NCBI GenBank assembly: GCA_963674735.2
Contig: CAXXQS010000001.1
Span: 1,600,001-1,664,000, forward strand
Direction of reading: 5' to 3'
Origin: Myxococcota bacterium
Lineage (GTDB): Bacteria; Myxococcota_A; SURF-8
DNA length: 64,000 nucleotides
The position numbers were made by a program, and so were the translations under genes. Below are positions 1 through 10,626 of this stretch, in pieces; within the stretch, counting starts at the first letter, position 1; every line of letters begins with the position of its first letter. The notes under the pieces are model-generated. The model was given only the letters and a program-made list of their open reading frames with translations. It did not search any database and was not told the DNA's origin.

Positions 1-2
1 AC

Positions 3-323
3 ATGCTGGAGAAAGAAAAACTCTACATCGCCCCGTTGGCGTTTATCCGCGGCCGCAGCCTGGACAAGGTTTTCTTCATCGTGGACGAGGCGCAAAACCT
101 TACCCCGCATGAGATGAAAACCATCATCACCCGAGCGGGCTCCGACAGCAAAATCGTGCTTACCGGCGATATTTTCCAAATCGACACGCCCTATCTCGAC
201 ACCCAGTCGAACGGGCTGACGTACCTGGTCGATCGGATGCGCGGCCAACGCCTGCACGCCCATATCAACCTGGTCAAAGGAGAGCGCAGCGAACTGGCCG
301 ACATGGCCAGCAACCTGCTCTAA
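3..323 (+). CDS. PhoH family protein, C-terminal part (truncated by window start)
   Basis: Motifs [32 protein letters not shown] and ERS.LA are typical of PhoH ATPases. Confidence 0.9.
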   Translation: MLEKEKLYIAPLAFIRGRSLDKVFFIVDEAQNLTPHEMKTIITRAGSDSKIVLTGDIFQIDTPYLDTQSNGLTYLVDRMRGQRLHAHINLVKGERSELADMASNLL

Positions 324-354
324 TTCGTAACGGCGACGGCCCGGAAGGTTCTTC

Positions 355-1557
355 ATGTTGATCAAAGCCGCTCCCGACATCGACCGCAAGCTGGATATTC
401 TCGGGGGAGCGGCTAAGTTCGACCTGGCCTGCGGCACCTGCGGCGAAGGACGCAAACGCGACCTGAAACTGGACAAGTGGATCTACCCTTCCGTCATGCC
501 CGACGGACGCGTGCAGTTGATGCTGAAAGTGCTGATGTCCAACGCCTGCCGCTACAACTGCCTCTATTGCGCCCAGAGAGCCAATCGATCATCGGAGCGG
601 ACCACCTTCAAACCCGACCAACTGGCCGGTTTATTCGGCGACCTGTGGCATCGAAAGAAAGCGCATGGGCTTTTCCTTTCGTCTTCCATTTATGCCGACA
701 CCACGACGGTGATGGATGCTATGCTGAAAACGGCGGAACTAGTCCGCAGCCGCTACCATTTCACAGGCTACTTGCATCTGAAACTGCTACCGGGAATCGA
801 GGACGCGCAAATCGAACGCGCCATTCACCTGGCCGACCGGGTCTCGGTAAATTTTGAAACCACCTGCGATCAGCGACTCGCCCGCATTGCGCCGGAAAAA
901 CGCTTGAGCGACAGCTTGGAAAAGGTGATGAACACGGCCCACCACCTTTTGAAACGCAAAACTCGTCACGACCGCTGCAAAGGGCTGACCACCCAATTCG
1001 TGGTCGGTCCGGCCGGTGAAAGCGACCGAGAACTCGTGGAAGCCAGTGGCCGCATTTACCGGCAACTCAACCTGAAGCGAATATATTTCAGCGCCCACAA
1101 TCCGGTTCCCGACACGCCTTTGGCCGAAGTCAAGCCCACCCCTCTATGGCGCGAAAACCGTCTTTACCAAGCCGATTTCCTGCTGCGCGAATACGGTTTC
1201 GCTCCCAAAGAGTTTGTGTTCGATGAAAATGAAGGCTTCGATCCGCGCAGCGACCCCAAAACATCCTGGGCGCACGCCCACCCCGAATATTTTCCGCTTG
1301 AAATCAATACGGCGGCGCGTGAACAGCTCCTACGCATCCCCGGAATTGGCCCCATCGGGTCCAAACGCATTCTGGCCGCACGCAAAGAAACGCGCCTTCA
1401 CTATCCCGAGCAGCTCAAAGCCATGGGTGTCCGCGAGCGCCAAGCCGCGCCCTTTTTGCTGTTCGATGGCCGCCGTCGGGCACCGGGCGCTACCCTGGAT
1501 CTGTTTTACGACCAGCCGGCGCTGTCGAATTCTGAAGAAACAGGCCGCACACGGTAA
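355..1557 (+). CDS. Putative DNA modification/repair radical SAM protein with helix-hairpin-helix (TIGR03916-like)
   Basis: KLDILGGAAKFDLAC N-terminus, CRYNCLYC radical SAM motif, RENRLYQADFLLREYGF, DPK..WA, EINTA.REQLLRIPGIG HhH. Confidence 0.88.
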   Translation: MLIKAAPDIDRKLDILGGAAKFDLACGTCGEGRKRDLKLDKWIYPSVMPDGRVQLMLKVLMSNACRYNCLYCAQRANRSSERTTFKPDQLAGLFGDLWHRKKAHGLFLSSSIYADTTTVMDAMLKTAELVRSRYHFTGYLHLKLLPGIEDAQIERAIHLADRVSVNFETTCDQRLARIAPEKRLSDSLEKVMNTAHHLLKRKTRHDRCKGLTTQFVVGPAGESDRELVEASGRIYRQLNLKRIYFSAHNPVPDTPLAEVKPTPLWRENRLYQADFLLREYGFAPKEFVFDENEGFDPRSDPKTSWAHAHPEYFPLEINTAAREQLLRIPGIGPIGSKRILAARKETRLHYPEQLKAMGVRERQAAPFLLFDGRRRAPGATLDLFYDQPALSNSEETGRTR

Positions 1558-1585
1558 CACCGATCGATGCAATTACCCATTTTGC

Positions 1586-1614
1586 TTGACTTTTTAGCCC
1601 GGGTTCTCTAGCAT
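1586..1614 (+). promoter_or_regulatory. Sigma70-type promoter for the lipoprotein gene at 1689
   Basis: TTGACT-N17-TAGCAT in the intergenic region. Confidence 0.6.
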
Positions 1615-1688
1615 TCCGCACGATATACGAACATGTATCGATCAATCTCGGCAACCAGCGAGACGCCCTGTCTCCAACAGAAAGAAAG

Positions 1689-2918
1689 GTGAACATGTCT
1701 GCGCACACCAACAAGCTCGTGTTTTTATGGGTCATTCTTCTTACGGTGTTTTGTGTGGGTCTCATTTCGTCCTGCAACACCTCCGACGATCCCCTCGACA
1801 CCGGTGGTAGCGACGGCGACGATCCCGACGGCGACGACCCTGACGGCGACGATCCCGACGGCGACGATCCCGACGGCGACGATCCCGACGGCGACGACCC
1901 CGACGGCGACGATCCCGACGGCGACGATCCCACCTGTGAAGACTATGAAGACGGCTGCTGCATAACCGACGCCGATTGCCTCGAAGGCAAGTGTTTCGAT
2001 GGCGTGTGTGCCGTTTTTCCCACGGAAGAAGCCACAGTCTGGTGGGAAAATTCTCACTATGACGACGAAGAAGGCGATAAAGTCGGCGATTACGAGCAGT
2101 TGTTTGACGGCAGCGATCCCCGCCCGTTGGACCTGAGCTGCACCGGCGGTTTTGAAAACATCGACGACGCCGGAACCATCGATGTTCGCGGCGCGGTGGT
2201 CGTGTTCGGAGTGGAAGCTCCTTGCACGGGCATTCAAGTTGAAGTGTTCGAAGCCATGGATTCCGCCGGAAACCTGCGCACCGATTTCAGCACCGAGAAC
2301 GCCGTCACCACCGGTGCGGTCACCGAAGCTCCCGACGAAAACTTCGAGTGCCACCTGACGATTCCGGATGTGCCCAAAGGCCGTTGGTTGACCATCAAAT
2401 CCTTCGATAATAACAACATCAACTTCCGCGACACCTATATGTGGAACGTTTACATCAAGCCGGAAGAAGACAGCAACGAAGAATTCGAGATGGAAGTTCA
2501 TGCCATCAGCAACACCTCCTGGCAGCTCGTGCCGATCACGGCCGGTGTTTCCAACGGCATCCAGAGCGACCGCGGCGCGGCGGCCGGTACGGTGAAAGAC
2601 TGCAGCGGCCAGCTCGTCAAAGGCGCCACGATCGGCGTCAGCGTGCGCCCCACGAAAATCGCTTATTTCAATGCCACCGTCGAAGACTTGCTGCCGCAAC
2701 AGGGGCTGACCGCCACCAACCTGGATTCGACCTTCTCGCTGGTCAATCAGCCCGCGTGGGAACTGCGCGTGATTGCCTTGGCCCTGATCGACGGCGAAGT
2801 CACCAAAATCGGCGACGTCAGCTATGTTCAGGTCAAACAATCGGTCGCCATTCCGTCTTTCCACGGCATGGGTCCGATCAACTACGGCTACTTCGATCGA
2901 GATACGGACGTGAAATAA
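1689..2918 (+). CDS. Putative lipoprotein with (DGDDP)8 acidic linker, short Cys-rich module and beta-rich C-terminal domain
   Basis: Hydrophobic signal ending LISSC, AAGG RBS, promoter upstream and terminator downstream. Confidence 0.8.
   Translation: MNMSAHTNKLVFLWVILLTVFCVGLISSCNTSDDPLDTGGSDGDDPDGDDPDGDDPDGDDPDGDDPDGDDPDGDDPDGDDPTCEDYEDGCCITDADCLEGKCFDGVCAVFPTEEATVWWENSHYDDEEGDKVGDYEQLFDGSDPRPLDLSCTGGFENIDDAGTIDVRGAVVVFGVEAPCTGIQVEVFEAMDSAGNLRTDFSTENAVTTGAVTEAPDENFECHLTIPDVPKGRWLTIKSFDNNNINFRDTYMWNVYIKPEEDSNEEFEMEVHAISNTSWQLVPITAGVSNGIQSDRGAAAGTVKDCSGQLVKGATIGVSVRPTKIAYFNATVEDLLPQQGLTATNLDSTFSLVNQPAWELRVIALALIDGEVTKIGDVSYVQVKQSVAIPSFHGMGPINYGYFDRDTDVK
1812..1931 (+). repeat. 15-bp tandem repeat GACGGCGACGATCCC x8 (DGDDP x8)
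   Basis: Directly visible; only synonymous third-position variation. Confidence 0.97.
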
Positions 2919-2940
2919 GCCCCACTCTTTTCGGTCTTTC

Positions 2941-2970
2941 ATGCCCACCCGGCTTCGGGTGGGCATTTTT
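2941..2970 (+). terminator. Rho-independent terminator
   Basis: ATGCCCACCCG-GCTT-CGGGTGGGCAT followed by T tract. Confidence 0.85.
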
Positions 2971-3057
2971 CGTTTATCGCGCAACCCGTGTCTTTTGCAC
3001 GCGATTACCAAATGTGCTAAACGTAATCAGGTTCTCAATATTTCAGCGGAGAAGACC

Positions 3058-3516
3058 ATGGCACTGGTAGGAAACATCTTGTGGTTCATTTTCGGTTTCG
3101 GCTGGCTGAGCGGGCTTCTGTGGCTGTTGGCGGGCATCATCAGCTTTCTGACCATTATCGGCATTCCTTTTTCCATTGCCTGTTTCCGCCTCTCGCGTTT
3201 CGTCTTCTTTCCCTTCGGCAAGCAACTGGTGGACGCCCAGGATGTGGGCGAGGAACGCATCGTCGGCACCACTGTCGCCAATGTCATCTGGTTTATCACT
3301 TGTGGAGTATGGTTATTCGTCGCACATATCTTCGCAGGTGTGGCGGAATGTCTGACGATTCTAGGCATTCCCTTGGGACTGGCGCATTTCAAACTGGCCT
3401 TGGTCACCCCCTTCCCTCTCGGAAAGCGTATCGTTTCCAACGAAGTGGCTGAAGCCATCCGGATACGACAGGCGCAGCAGTACGCCGCCGATCACCCCGC
3501 CCTTCCATATAAATAG
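3058..3516 (+). CDS. yccF: YccF domain inner membrane protein
   Basis: Two repeats of GNILWFIFG...LTIIGIPF..A.F.L....FPFGK; start moved to ATG 3058 after GGAG. Confidence 0.88.
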   Translation: MALVGNILWFIFGFGWLSGLLWLLAGIISFLTIIGIPFSIACFRLSRFVFFPFGKQLVDAQDVGEERIVGTTVANVIWFITCGVWLFVAHIFAGVAECLTILGIPLGLAHFKLALVTPFPLGKRIVSNEVAEAIRIRQAQQYAADHPALPYK

Positions 3517-3545
3517 TCGGATTTCGCGCTTTCGAAGATACGAGC

Positions 3546-4316
3546 TTACTCGTCCCACTCACCTGTTAATATGGATTTCGCATCGGAGGTCGGTCTGCCA
3601 TCGCCGTTTTCCAAGATGAGCGGAGCTTCGACCACAAGAGACGTGTTGCCCGGTCGCGGTTGCGCCTCGACCAGCACAAGCTTGGCCGCCTGTCCCGGCT
3701 TGCCATGCACCAGCCGCATTCGCGTCGCACTCATTCGTTCTTCGGCCAAAACCGTGAAAAATTCGAAAAGCCGCTCCGCCGGATAAACAACACACAAGCG
3801 TCCCGATGAAATCAACGCGCGCTTGGCACACACCAGTATGTCACGCATATTGGCCGCGAGTTCCTGACGCGCCAGCGCCTCTTGCGGGTTGGGACAGGCT
3901 TTGCCGCTTCCGACCGGGTAAAAGGGAGGATTGGCCGTCATCAGGTGCATGGATTGCGCCGGGATGTGTTCCAGTATTTGCTTGAGATCGGCGGTCATGA
4001 CATCAAAATGCGCCGCCCAATCGTTCATCCGCGCATTGCGTCGGGCCAGTTCCGCCAGTTCGGGCTGCAACTCGATTCCCACCGCCTTTGCAATGCGTTT
4101 CTGGTGCAACAGAATCAACGGAATCACGCCGCAGCCGGTCCCGACATCCAGCAACGTCTCCGTTTCTTTCAGCGGCGGAGCAAAATGAGCCAGCAAAACG
4201 GCATCCACCGAATATCGATAGCCGACTTTCGCTTGGATAAGCGTAATCTGCCCTTCCAGCGCGCCATCGAGCGATTCCGTTCGATAATCGAAAACGGGAA
4301 CGGCTTGGGTGGTCAT
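3546..4316 (-). CDS. tRNA1(Val) (adenine37-N6)-methyltransferase family (YfiC/TrmN6)
   Basis: GYRYSVDAVLLA, LDVGTGCG SAM motif, NPPF, ARQE. Confidence 0.85.
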   Translation of the reverse strand: MTTQAVPVFDYRTESLDGALEGQITLIQAKVGYRYSVDAVLLAHFAPPLKETETLLDVGTGCGVIPLILLHQKRIAKAVGIELQPELAELARRNARMNDWAAHFDVMTADLKQILEHIPAQSMHLMTANPPFYPVGSGKACPNPQEALARQELAANMRDILVCAKRALISSGRLCVVYPAERLFEFFTVLAEERMSATRMRLVHGKPGQAAKLVLVEAQPRPGNTSLVVEAPLILENGDGRPTSDAKSILTGEWDE

Positions 4317-4942
4317 CGGCCTCTACTCCTTAACCCGGCCAAAACATCTTCGAGTCGATCGGCTGGGAGCGCACCTTCACGATAAATTTTGAGTCGCCCG
4401 TCCTCGATTGCCGCAACGGTCGAGCCGCTTGCCACGGCGGACGGGGCGGGATCGGGCAGAACCAGCACGTCTTCGTCTTTGAACACCCGCTCCACCGCCA
4501 ATGGATCGACCAGGGACGATTCGCCGCTCCTGTTCGCACTGGTGGAGGTCAGCGGTTCACCGAACGCCTCAACCAAGCCCTGCGCCACCGGGTGGCTGGA
4601 ACAACGCAGCCCGAGTCGCGGCATGGCTAAGGACGAGCAGGGGCCGTTCTCGACCGGTTTCAGCAAGAGTGTCAAAGGCCCCGGCCAGAAGGCACGGATC
4701 AACGCCCATTCCTGCGCAGAAGGCGGTAAGACGAGATCGTCCAGCCAATCAGGGGACGCAATCAAGATGGAAATGGGACGTTGCCCATCGCGACCCTTCA
4801 GGCGTCGCAGCCGGTTTACGGCACGTTCATTACCGGCGTTGACAGCCAAGCCGTAACAGGTTTCGGTGGGATAGGCCACCACACCGCCTTGTTTCAAATA
4901 CGCGAGCGCTTCGCCCCATTGCGCCAAACCGGGGGAAGTCAT
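4313..4942 (-). CDS. tsaC: L-threonylcarbamoyladenylate synthase (TsaC/YrdC/Sua5)
   Basis: VAYPTETCYGL, LKGR, FWPGPLTL, STSANRSG, IYREGA. Confidence 0.88.
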   Translation of the reverse strand: MTSPGLAQWGEALAYLKQGGVVAYPTETCYGLAVNAGNERAVNRLRRLKGRDGQRPISILIASPDWLDDLVLPPSAQEWALIRAFWPGPLTLLLKPVENGPCSSLAMPRLGLRCSSHPVAQGLVEAFGEPLTSTSANRSGESSLVDPLAVERVFKDEDVLVLPDPAPSAVASGSTVAAIEDGRLKIYREGALPADRLEDVLAGLRSRGR

Positions 4943-5445
4943 AGATTAGCCAGCTTCTTCTGCAACTTCCGATCCTTCTCGGCCACTCCTTTAGCAAGAG
5001 CGGCTTTGTAATCGGTGTAGGCCTGAGCCAACTTGGCATCCGACAAAGCCAGCATCTGCACCGCCAGCAACCCGGCATTGGTCGCGCCCGATTTGCCGAG
5101 CCCCATGCAAGCCACCGGAACTCCGGGAGGCATCTGGGCGGTGGCGAGAAGAGAATCAATGCCGTTCAAAGAACTGGAATCGATGGGAACGCCGATCACC
5201 GGTAAAATCGTTTCAGACGCAAGCACGCCGGCCAGATGCGCCGCCATACCCGCCCCCGCAATAATGCACGCCACATTCGACTTGGCGGCCGAGCGGGCCA
5301 ACTTGATCGTTCGTGCCGGGGAACGATGCGCCGAACTGACCATCATTTTGCAAGGAATACCGAACTTTTCCAGCACCTTGTAAGCGCCCATCATGATGTC
5401 GGTATCGGAATCGGATCCCATGATGATCCAAACTTGTTTACTCAT
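4939..5445 (-). CDS. purE: N5-carboxyaminoimidazole ribonucleotide mutase
   Basis: IIMGSDSD, SAHRSP, AGAGMAAHLAG, QMPPGVPVA. Confidence 0.97.
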   Translation of the reverse strand: MSKQVWIIMGSDSDTDIMMGAYKVLEKFGIPCKMMVSSAHRSPARTIKLARSAAKSNVACIIAGAGMAAHLAGVLASETILPVIGVPIDSSSLNGIDSLLATAQMPPGVPVACMGLGKSGATNAGLLAVQMLALSDAKLAQAYTDYKAALAKGVAEKDRKLQKKLANL

Positions 5446-5466
5446 GCTGTTTTTCTCCCTTGCCGA

Positions 5467-6747
5467 TTACATACGGCCAAGCGCCCGCTTGGCGATATCT
5501 TTTCGATAATGCACGTCTTTCCAGTCGATCAGACCCACGGCCTCATAACAACGCGCAAGCGTAGTCTCGATCGTGTCGCCGAGTGCCGTAACGCCCAACA
5601 CCCGTCCACCGCTGCTCTCCCAACCGCGCTCGCCGCGCCGGGTTCCGGCGTGAAACACCACCACATCATCCATGGCGTCCGCCGACTCGATCCCCGAAAT
5701 CGGCAGATTCTTCTCGTAAGAAGCCGGGTAACCACCCGAGGCCATCACGACGCAAACGGCCGGACGCGGATCCCACTGCGCCTCGACATCTTGCAATCGA
5801 CCTTCCGCCGTAGCCATGAGCAGTTCGGCGAAATCGGACGTCAATCGAGCCATAATGGGCTGTGTTTCAGGATCGCCGAAACGGCAATTGAATTCCAAAA
5901 CTTTCGGAACGCCATCGGAAGCGATCATCACCCCGGCATAAAGCACGCCGGAAAACGGACAGCCTTCCGCCGCCATGGCTTCGATGGTCGGAATCATGAC
6001 CTCGTTCATGATGCGTTTATGCATCTCGTCATCCACGACCGGCGCGGGAGAATACGCCCCCATTCCGCCTGTGTTCAACCCTTCATCGTTTTCGAAGACG
6101 CGCTTGTGATCCTGCGAACTGGCCATCGGCAAAACGGTCTTCCCATCCGTGAGCGCGATGAATGACGCTTCTTCACCCATCAGCATCTCTTCCACGACCA
6201 CCCGCTCACCCGCAGCGCCGAAAGCACGCTCGGTCATGATCGCCGCAATGGCATCACGGGCTTCCTGTTCGGTGTGGCAAATAAGAACGCCCTTACCCGC
6301 CGCCAGACCGTCCGCTTTCACCACCACCGGCAATCCGACACGTCCCACGGCGGCCAAAGCCCCCTCGGGAGTCGTACAGGTTTCGAATTTAGCCGTTGGA
6401 ATCGCATATTTTTGCATGAGATCCTTGGCAAAGGCTTTGCTACCCTCAAGTTGCGCCGCCAAAGCCGTCGGTCCGACGATCTTGAGCCCGCGCGCCTTAA
6501 ACGCATCCACCACACCCAACGCCAACGGATCTTCCGGTCCCACCATGGTGAGATCGATTCCTTCTTTCTCGGCAAAGTCGGTCAACGACTCGATATCGCT
6601 ACCTTTAATTGGAACGCAAGTCGCCAGCAACGCAATGGCATCGCTGCCCGGCGCGGCATAAAGCTTCGTCACCTGCGGGCTCTTCGACAAACGCCACGCC
6701 AATGCATGCTCGCGTCCACCACCGCCAATCACCAATACTTTCATCAA
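5467..6747 (-). CDS. purD: Phosphoribosylamine-glycine ligase
   Basis: GGGGREHALAW, KADGLAAGKGV, QDHKR, NTGGMGAYSP, EFNCRFGDPE. Confidence 0.98.
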   Translation of the reverse strand: MMKVLVIGGGGREHALAWRLSKSPQVTKLYAAPGSDAIALLATCVPIKGSDIESLTDFAEKEGIDLTMVGPEDPLALGVVDAFKARGLKIVGPTALAAQLEGSKAFAKDLMQKYAIPTAKFETCTTPEGALAAVGRVGLPVVVKADGLAAGKGVLICHTEQEARDAIAAIMTERAFGAAGERVVVEEMLMGEEASFIALTDGKTVLPMASSQDHKRVFENDEGLNTGGMGAYSPAPVVDDEMHKRIMNEVMIPTIEAMAAEGCPFSGVLYAGVMIASDGVPKVLEFNCRFGDPETQPIMARLTSDFAELLMATAEGRLQDVEAQWDPRPAVCVVMASGGYPASYEKNLPISGIESADAMDDVVVFHAGTRRGERGWESSGGRVLGVTALGDTIETTLARCYEAVGLIDWKDVHYRKDIAKRALGRM

Positions 6748-6789
6748 CGTCTCCTGTTATGCTTCCTTGATCCGATTCACGACGACTGC

Positions 6790-9309
6790 TTAAATGCGCG
6801 CCAGATAGCGAGCGTAGCGTACCTGTTGGGAATCGGGGTCCAATCGATAGGCCATGCGAGCCGCAACCCGCGCTTGTTCGATATCGCCTTCACGGGCGGA
6901 CAAAATAGCCAGCAAGGCTTGAATTCCGGCGTCCCCACCATGTACCTTGAGAATCAAAGTCAACCGGTCGATCGCTTCCCCCGGACGGTTTTGCAGGGCC
7001 AATACTTTGGAAAACAATCGATTTCCCAAGGCGTTATGGCGATCGCTCCCCAATATCTGCGAAAGATAATGCCGTGCGTCTCGAAGCTTGCCCTGTTTCA
7101 CCTGGACCAGCCCCATAATTGCATTCGCTGTGGCATCGCTTCCAATATTATCGAGAACCGCTCGCGCGCCATTTTCAGCCTCATTCGGGAGATTTAGCAG
7201 ATAGGCCGCCAAGGCCACGGCCCGGTTACGACGATCCAGGTCGACTTTGACCGCATCGACTTTCTTCAGCTTTTCCAAGAAAGCTTCTTCGTAGTCAAAA
7301 GTATCGGCCAGTAATCCGTGGCCGAGATGATCGTCCCAATAATCGACCGGATACCGATTGAGATGTTCGATGGCAGCGAAAGCGGAATTCACATTCAACG
7401 CATCGAGAAACAATTCCGCCAGAAGGAAATGAGCGTGGTAATAATCAGGAGCGACGGAAATGGCTTTTTTAAAGTGATCCGTAGCCGTTCGCAAATTACC
7501 CACATTCCGTTCAAACAGACCGGCCAACACCCAGGCCTCCGGTTTACCGGCGAAATCCAAGGTCAAACGCTCGATATCTCGGCGAATGTCGTCGCTATCC
7601 TCAACCCCTTCCGCCTGAGTGACGAGAGTCAACAGGTTCAAGTATAAAGCCGTGGGATCTTCCGGATCGAGCGAATGCGCCCGTTTTGCCATCAAAGCGC
7701 CTGTATCTCGATCATGATCGTGGAGCGCGAAAAAGGCCTGCGCAGCATACAAACGCACCTGCTGCGAGTTCGACCATTCCTCAACGCGCGCTGCGGGTAT
7801 CCCCGACAATTTGCTTCTCACAACATCCAGCGCCTGCTTTTGCCTGTAGGCCACAAAACCTTGACCGATCAAGCCTTCCGCGGAATCCGGCTGCCGAGCG
7901 GCCACCTGCTCGTAAACCGATCCGGCCCGCTCGTATTCACCGATCGAGAGATACATATCCGCCAGTTCAAGGCACAGCAGGCACTTCGACGAGTCGAGTT
8001 TACCGGCGATTTCCAGTGTTTCTTCCATCTTCGAAAAATTACCGATCCGATCGTATGCTTCCGCCAACGGTTTCAAGGCCGGGATAAATGACCGGCTTCT
8101 ATCAACCAGCTCAGAAAGACGCTCGATGGCCCGTTCGGGTTTTTCCGCCAATTCGGTTTGGGCCAGGACCACCATGTTTTCAGGATCCTGGTTGTTTAGA
8201 CGGTAAGCTTTCAAAGCCGACTCGTAAGCGCGGCTGTTCTGATTGATCAACAGATACAAACGCGCTTTTGCGCGATGCAGACCGGCGAGTTCTTCCGTGA
8301 CGGTAAGACCGTAATCGGCAATGTCGATCAGTTTGCGGACTTCATGCATGTTGCGGGGATTGGGATGAGTCAGCGCCCAGGTTTCGACATAACGTAAAAT
8401 GTTTCCAGGGTTTCGCGGATCCAAAACCAACGCCTGCCTGAAAATGTCGTGAGCCTTTTGATAAGCGCGGCTGTCATACGTTTTGTACAGGGTTTCCGCT
8501 TTTTTCATCATCTGCAAAGGATCGCCCGTCACTTCCGGATATTTTTTCACCATATCCAGCAGCGCTCTTTCGCCGGGATGTATCTGGTAAGACTTGGCGA
8601 CGTGGCTGCCCGACTCGACCAATCCGAAACGCTCGGGCATCAGAAATACGACTATCCCGATCAAACCCGCCAGCACGATGATCCACGTCACGAGCGATAC
8701 GCCGCTTCCTTTTGCCTGTGCGACCGTTTGGGGGACAAGAAGAGGATTTTGCAGTTTGGCGCTCTCTCTTGGATCCCGCACCGAATCGTCACGTAAATTC
8801 AACGTGCCTCCCAGACTCGGCATATTCGCTTTCAGATATTCACTGGCCGCTTCGGCGTTTGCGCTTAAAGGATCGACTTCCGGTTCCGATTCACGCTTGC
8901 GACCGGAACTCGGCGGAAGCGTTTGCGGACGCACGATTCGGCTTTTCATATCGAAAGGCAACCCACCTTTCGTTGCGGATTTGCGCATACTTTCGAGATG
9001 ATCCGAAATCGATCCCGTGTCATCACCCGTTTCCGTTTTGCCGTTTCTGAGCTTCGTCAGTTCGGCCATACCGGGCATGGAAGGCATTTCCGCCTTTTCC
9101 GGCTCGCTTGCGTATGTTTGATTTTGTGGGGAAGAGGAATCAGGGCCGGCGGGTTCAGGGGTTACGAAAAAGCGGGGATCCGCTGAATTCGGGTCCATTT
9201 CAAGTAGCATCCCAACCTTGCAATTGGGACAGCGTACACGCGCTTTACGGTGAATTTTCGCCTCATCAAAACGCAGAGTACTCCCGCATTTCCAACATTT
9301 GACTTTCAT
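6790..9309 (-). CDS. Zinc-ribbon (MJ0042-like) + transmembrane + TPR repeat protein
   Basis: N-terminal CxxC..CxxC (CWKC/CPNC), low-complexity linker, one TM segment, many TPR-like helices. Confidence 0.75.
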   Translation of the reverse strand: MKVKCWKCGSTLRFDEAKIHRKARVRCPNCKVGMLLEMDPNSADPRFFVTPEPAGPDSSSPQNQTYASEPEKAEMPSMPGMAELTKLRNGKTETGDDTGSISDHLESMRKSATKGGLPFDMKSRIVRPQTLPPSSGRKRESEPEVDPLSANAEAASEYLKANMPSLGGTLNLRDDSVRDPRESAKLQNPLLVPQTVAQAKGSGVSLVTWIIVLAGLIGIVVFLMPERFGLVESGSHVAKSYQIHPGERALLDMVKKYPEVTGDPLQMMKKAETLYKTYDSRAYQKAHDIFRQALVLDPRNPGNILRYVETWALTHPNPRNMHEVRKLIDIADYGLTVTEELAGLHRAKARLYLLINQNSRAYESALKAYRLNNQDPENMVVLAQTELAEKPERAIERLSELVDRSRSFIPALKPLAEAYDRIGNFSKMEETLEIAGKLDSSKCLLCLELADMYLSIGEYERAGSVYEQVAARQPDSAEGLIGQGFVAYRQKQALDVVRSKLSGIPAARVEEWSNSQQVRLYAAQAFFALHDHDRDTGALMAKRAHSLDPEDPTALYLNLLTLVTQAEGVEDSDDIRRDIERLTLDFAGKPEAWVLAGLFERNVGNLRTATDHFKKAISVAPDYYHAHFLLAELFLDALNVNSAFAAIEHLNRYPVDYWDDHLGHGLLADTFDYEEAFLEKLKKVDAVKVDLDRRNRAVALAAYLLNLPNEAENGARAVLDNIGSDATANAIMGLVQVKQGKLRDARHYLSQILGSDRHNALGNRLFSKVLALQNRPGEAIDRLTLILKVHGGDAGIQALLAILSAREGDIEQARVAARMAYRLDPDSQQVRYARYLARI

Positions 9310-9463
9310 ACCGCTTCCTCACCCTTGCGATGGAGCCAAGCCGGAGACACATCCATCACCGGCGCTTTCGAATCTTCGCCGGGTGCATGTTGTGCACATG
9401 GTTGGCTCTTTTACCACCTTTGGGCAAAAGCGTCAATCCCCCCTTACTGAGAAATAGTAATGA

Positions 9464-10021
9464 TCAGGCGATGAAATCTTTGAGGTTATTCTTGCGGGTC
9501 TGGTGCCGCAATTTAGTCAACCCTTTCACCTCGACCTGGCGGATGCGTTCACGGGTAAGATTGAGTATTTCACCCACTTCTTCCAGGGTAATACCTCCAC
9601 GGTCGGCCACGTCCAGAGCACAGGTCTCCTTCATTTCCCACACTTCTTTGTCGGGAAAATTGAACTTGATCGAACCGGTATCCTGATTGACATCAAGATA
9701 GAGGTGATGCTTGCAAGAAACGAACAGACAAGGACGCTGCGCGCTCTGGCAATCGCAACGCGAATGCGGACGAATCGCGTCGGCATAGCGAATCCACTCG
9801 CAAACCGTGGGATCTTCGTTTTCCTTCAACAAGACTTCCAGCTCAGACCGCGTCAGATTCGCTTTGCGCTTCAACGATGCGATCGAAACATCGCGTTTAC
9901 GCCCGCTGCTTGTCTTTTTTAGACGGGGGTTGTTCCCATTCAACTTTTCGCAAACTTCCATCGGCAACTCTCCTCGGTTTTCAGTCAGATTCCTAATGCC
10001 TTTTTCCGACTGGATTGTCAA
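9464..10021 (-). CDS. Cys-rich protein with stand-alone sigma70 region 4 HTH
   Basis: C-terminal [28 protein letters not shown] matches sigma region 4.2; [15 protein letters not shown]...TCALDVA; alternative start 9961 after GAGGAG. Confidence 0.8.
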   Translation of the reverse strand: MTIQSEKGIRNLTENRGELPMEVCEKLNGNNPRLKKTSSGRKRDVSIASLKRKANLTRSELEVLLKENEDPTVCEWIRYADAIRPHSRCDCQSAQRPCLFVSCKHHLYLDVNQDTGSIKFNFPDKEVWEMKETCALDVADRGGITLEEVGEILNLTRERIRQVEVKGLTKLRHQTRKNNLKDFIA

Positions 10022-10040
10022 TACCCAAATTTGGGTTTTT

Positions 10041-10535
10041 TTACTCGCCGAGGAACGACGTTTCCAATTTTTCGAGAGTCAGAACCACTTTAGTGATATT
10101 TTTGCCCAGTCCTTCAAGGTCTCGCGCGAGCTGAACGTCGTGGCGATCCTTCTTTCCTTTGGCCTCTTCCTGGACCCGCAGGTCCGTTTCTACATCTTGC
10201 AAAATCCGAGCGGCTTCTTCGACTTTCTGGCGCATCGAGAAATAAGATCCGCGCAGTTGTTCGAGCGTCAAATCACCGGAGATCATTCTCTTAATGGAAT
10301 TAATCCGTTCGACCGTCGAGGCCGGATACAAACCGCGGGATCCCCGATGTTTCCCCTTTTGACCGACCCGGCGGCAACGCTCAACCAGTCCCATCTGGAC
10401 ATATTTTCTGAAAGTCGCCTCGGAAAACTTCACGCCGCGGCTTTGAAAAATCTTCACGATATCGCGAGAAGGAATACCTTCCGGATATTTTTCATAAACT
10501 TTTTTCAGCTCCGCCTTCGTCAGCAACATGCCCAT
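10041..10535 (-). CDS. MerR-like winged-HTH DNA-binding protein
   Basis: [14 protein letters not shown]...[16 protein letters not shown]....LTLEQL, coiled-coil C-terminus, AAGGAG RBS. Confidence 0.72.
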   Translation of the reverse strand: MGMLLTKAELKKVYEKYPEGIPSRDIVKIFQSRGVKFSEATFRKYVQMGLVERCRRVGQKGKHRGSRGLYPASTVERINSIKRMISGDLTLEQLRGSYFSMRQKVEEAARILQDVETDLRVQEEAKGKKDRHDVQLARDLEGLGKNITKVVLTLEKLETSFLGE

Positions 10536-10597
10536 GATTGGCTCCTTTATCCCGTATTGTTATTGATTATCAGTTTATATTCTTAAACTATACACTA

Positions 10598-10626
10598 ATT
10601 GTATTCCATAGCCTGTACAGAGTCAA
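10598..10626 (-). promoter_or_regulatory. Sigma70-type promoter of the MerR-like/sigma4 operon within an AT-rich tract
   Basis: Minus strand TTGACT-N17-TACAAT; AT-rich sequence upstream could be an UP element. Confidence 0.7.

Noticed and set aside
1621-1640. SOS-box-like CGAACATGTATCG after the radical SAM gene
   Set aside because: Spacing does not fit CGAAC-N4-GTTCG and it lies downstream of the repair gene; more likely a 5' hairpin
1812-1931. Possible CRISPR array
   Set aside because: Contiguous 15-bp coding repeats with no spacers and no cas genes
1725-3011. 428-aa antisense ORF over the DGDDP lipoprotein
   Set aside because: Shadow frame of a GC-rich gene; the + strand gene has promoter, RBS, signal peptide and terminator
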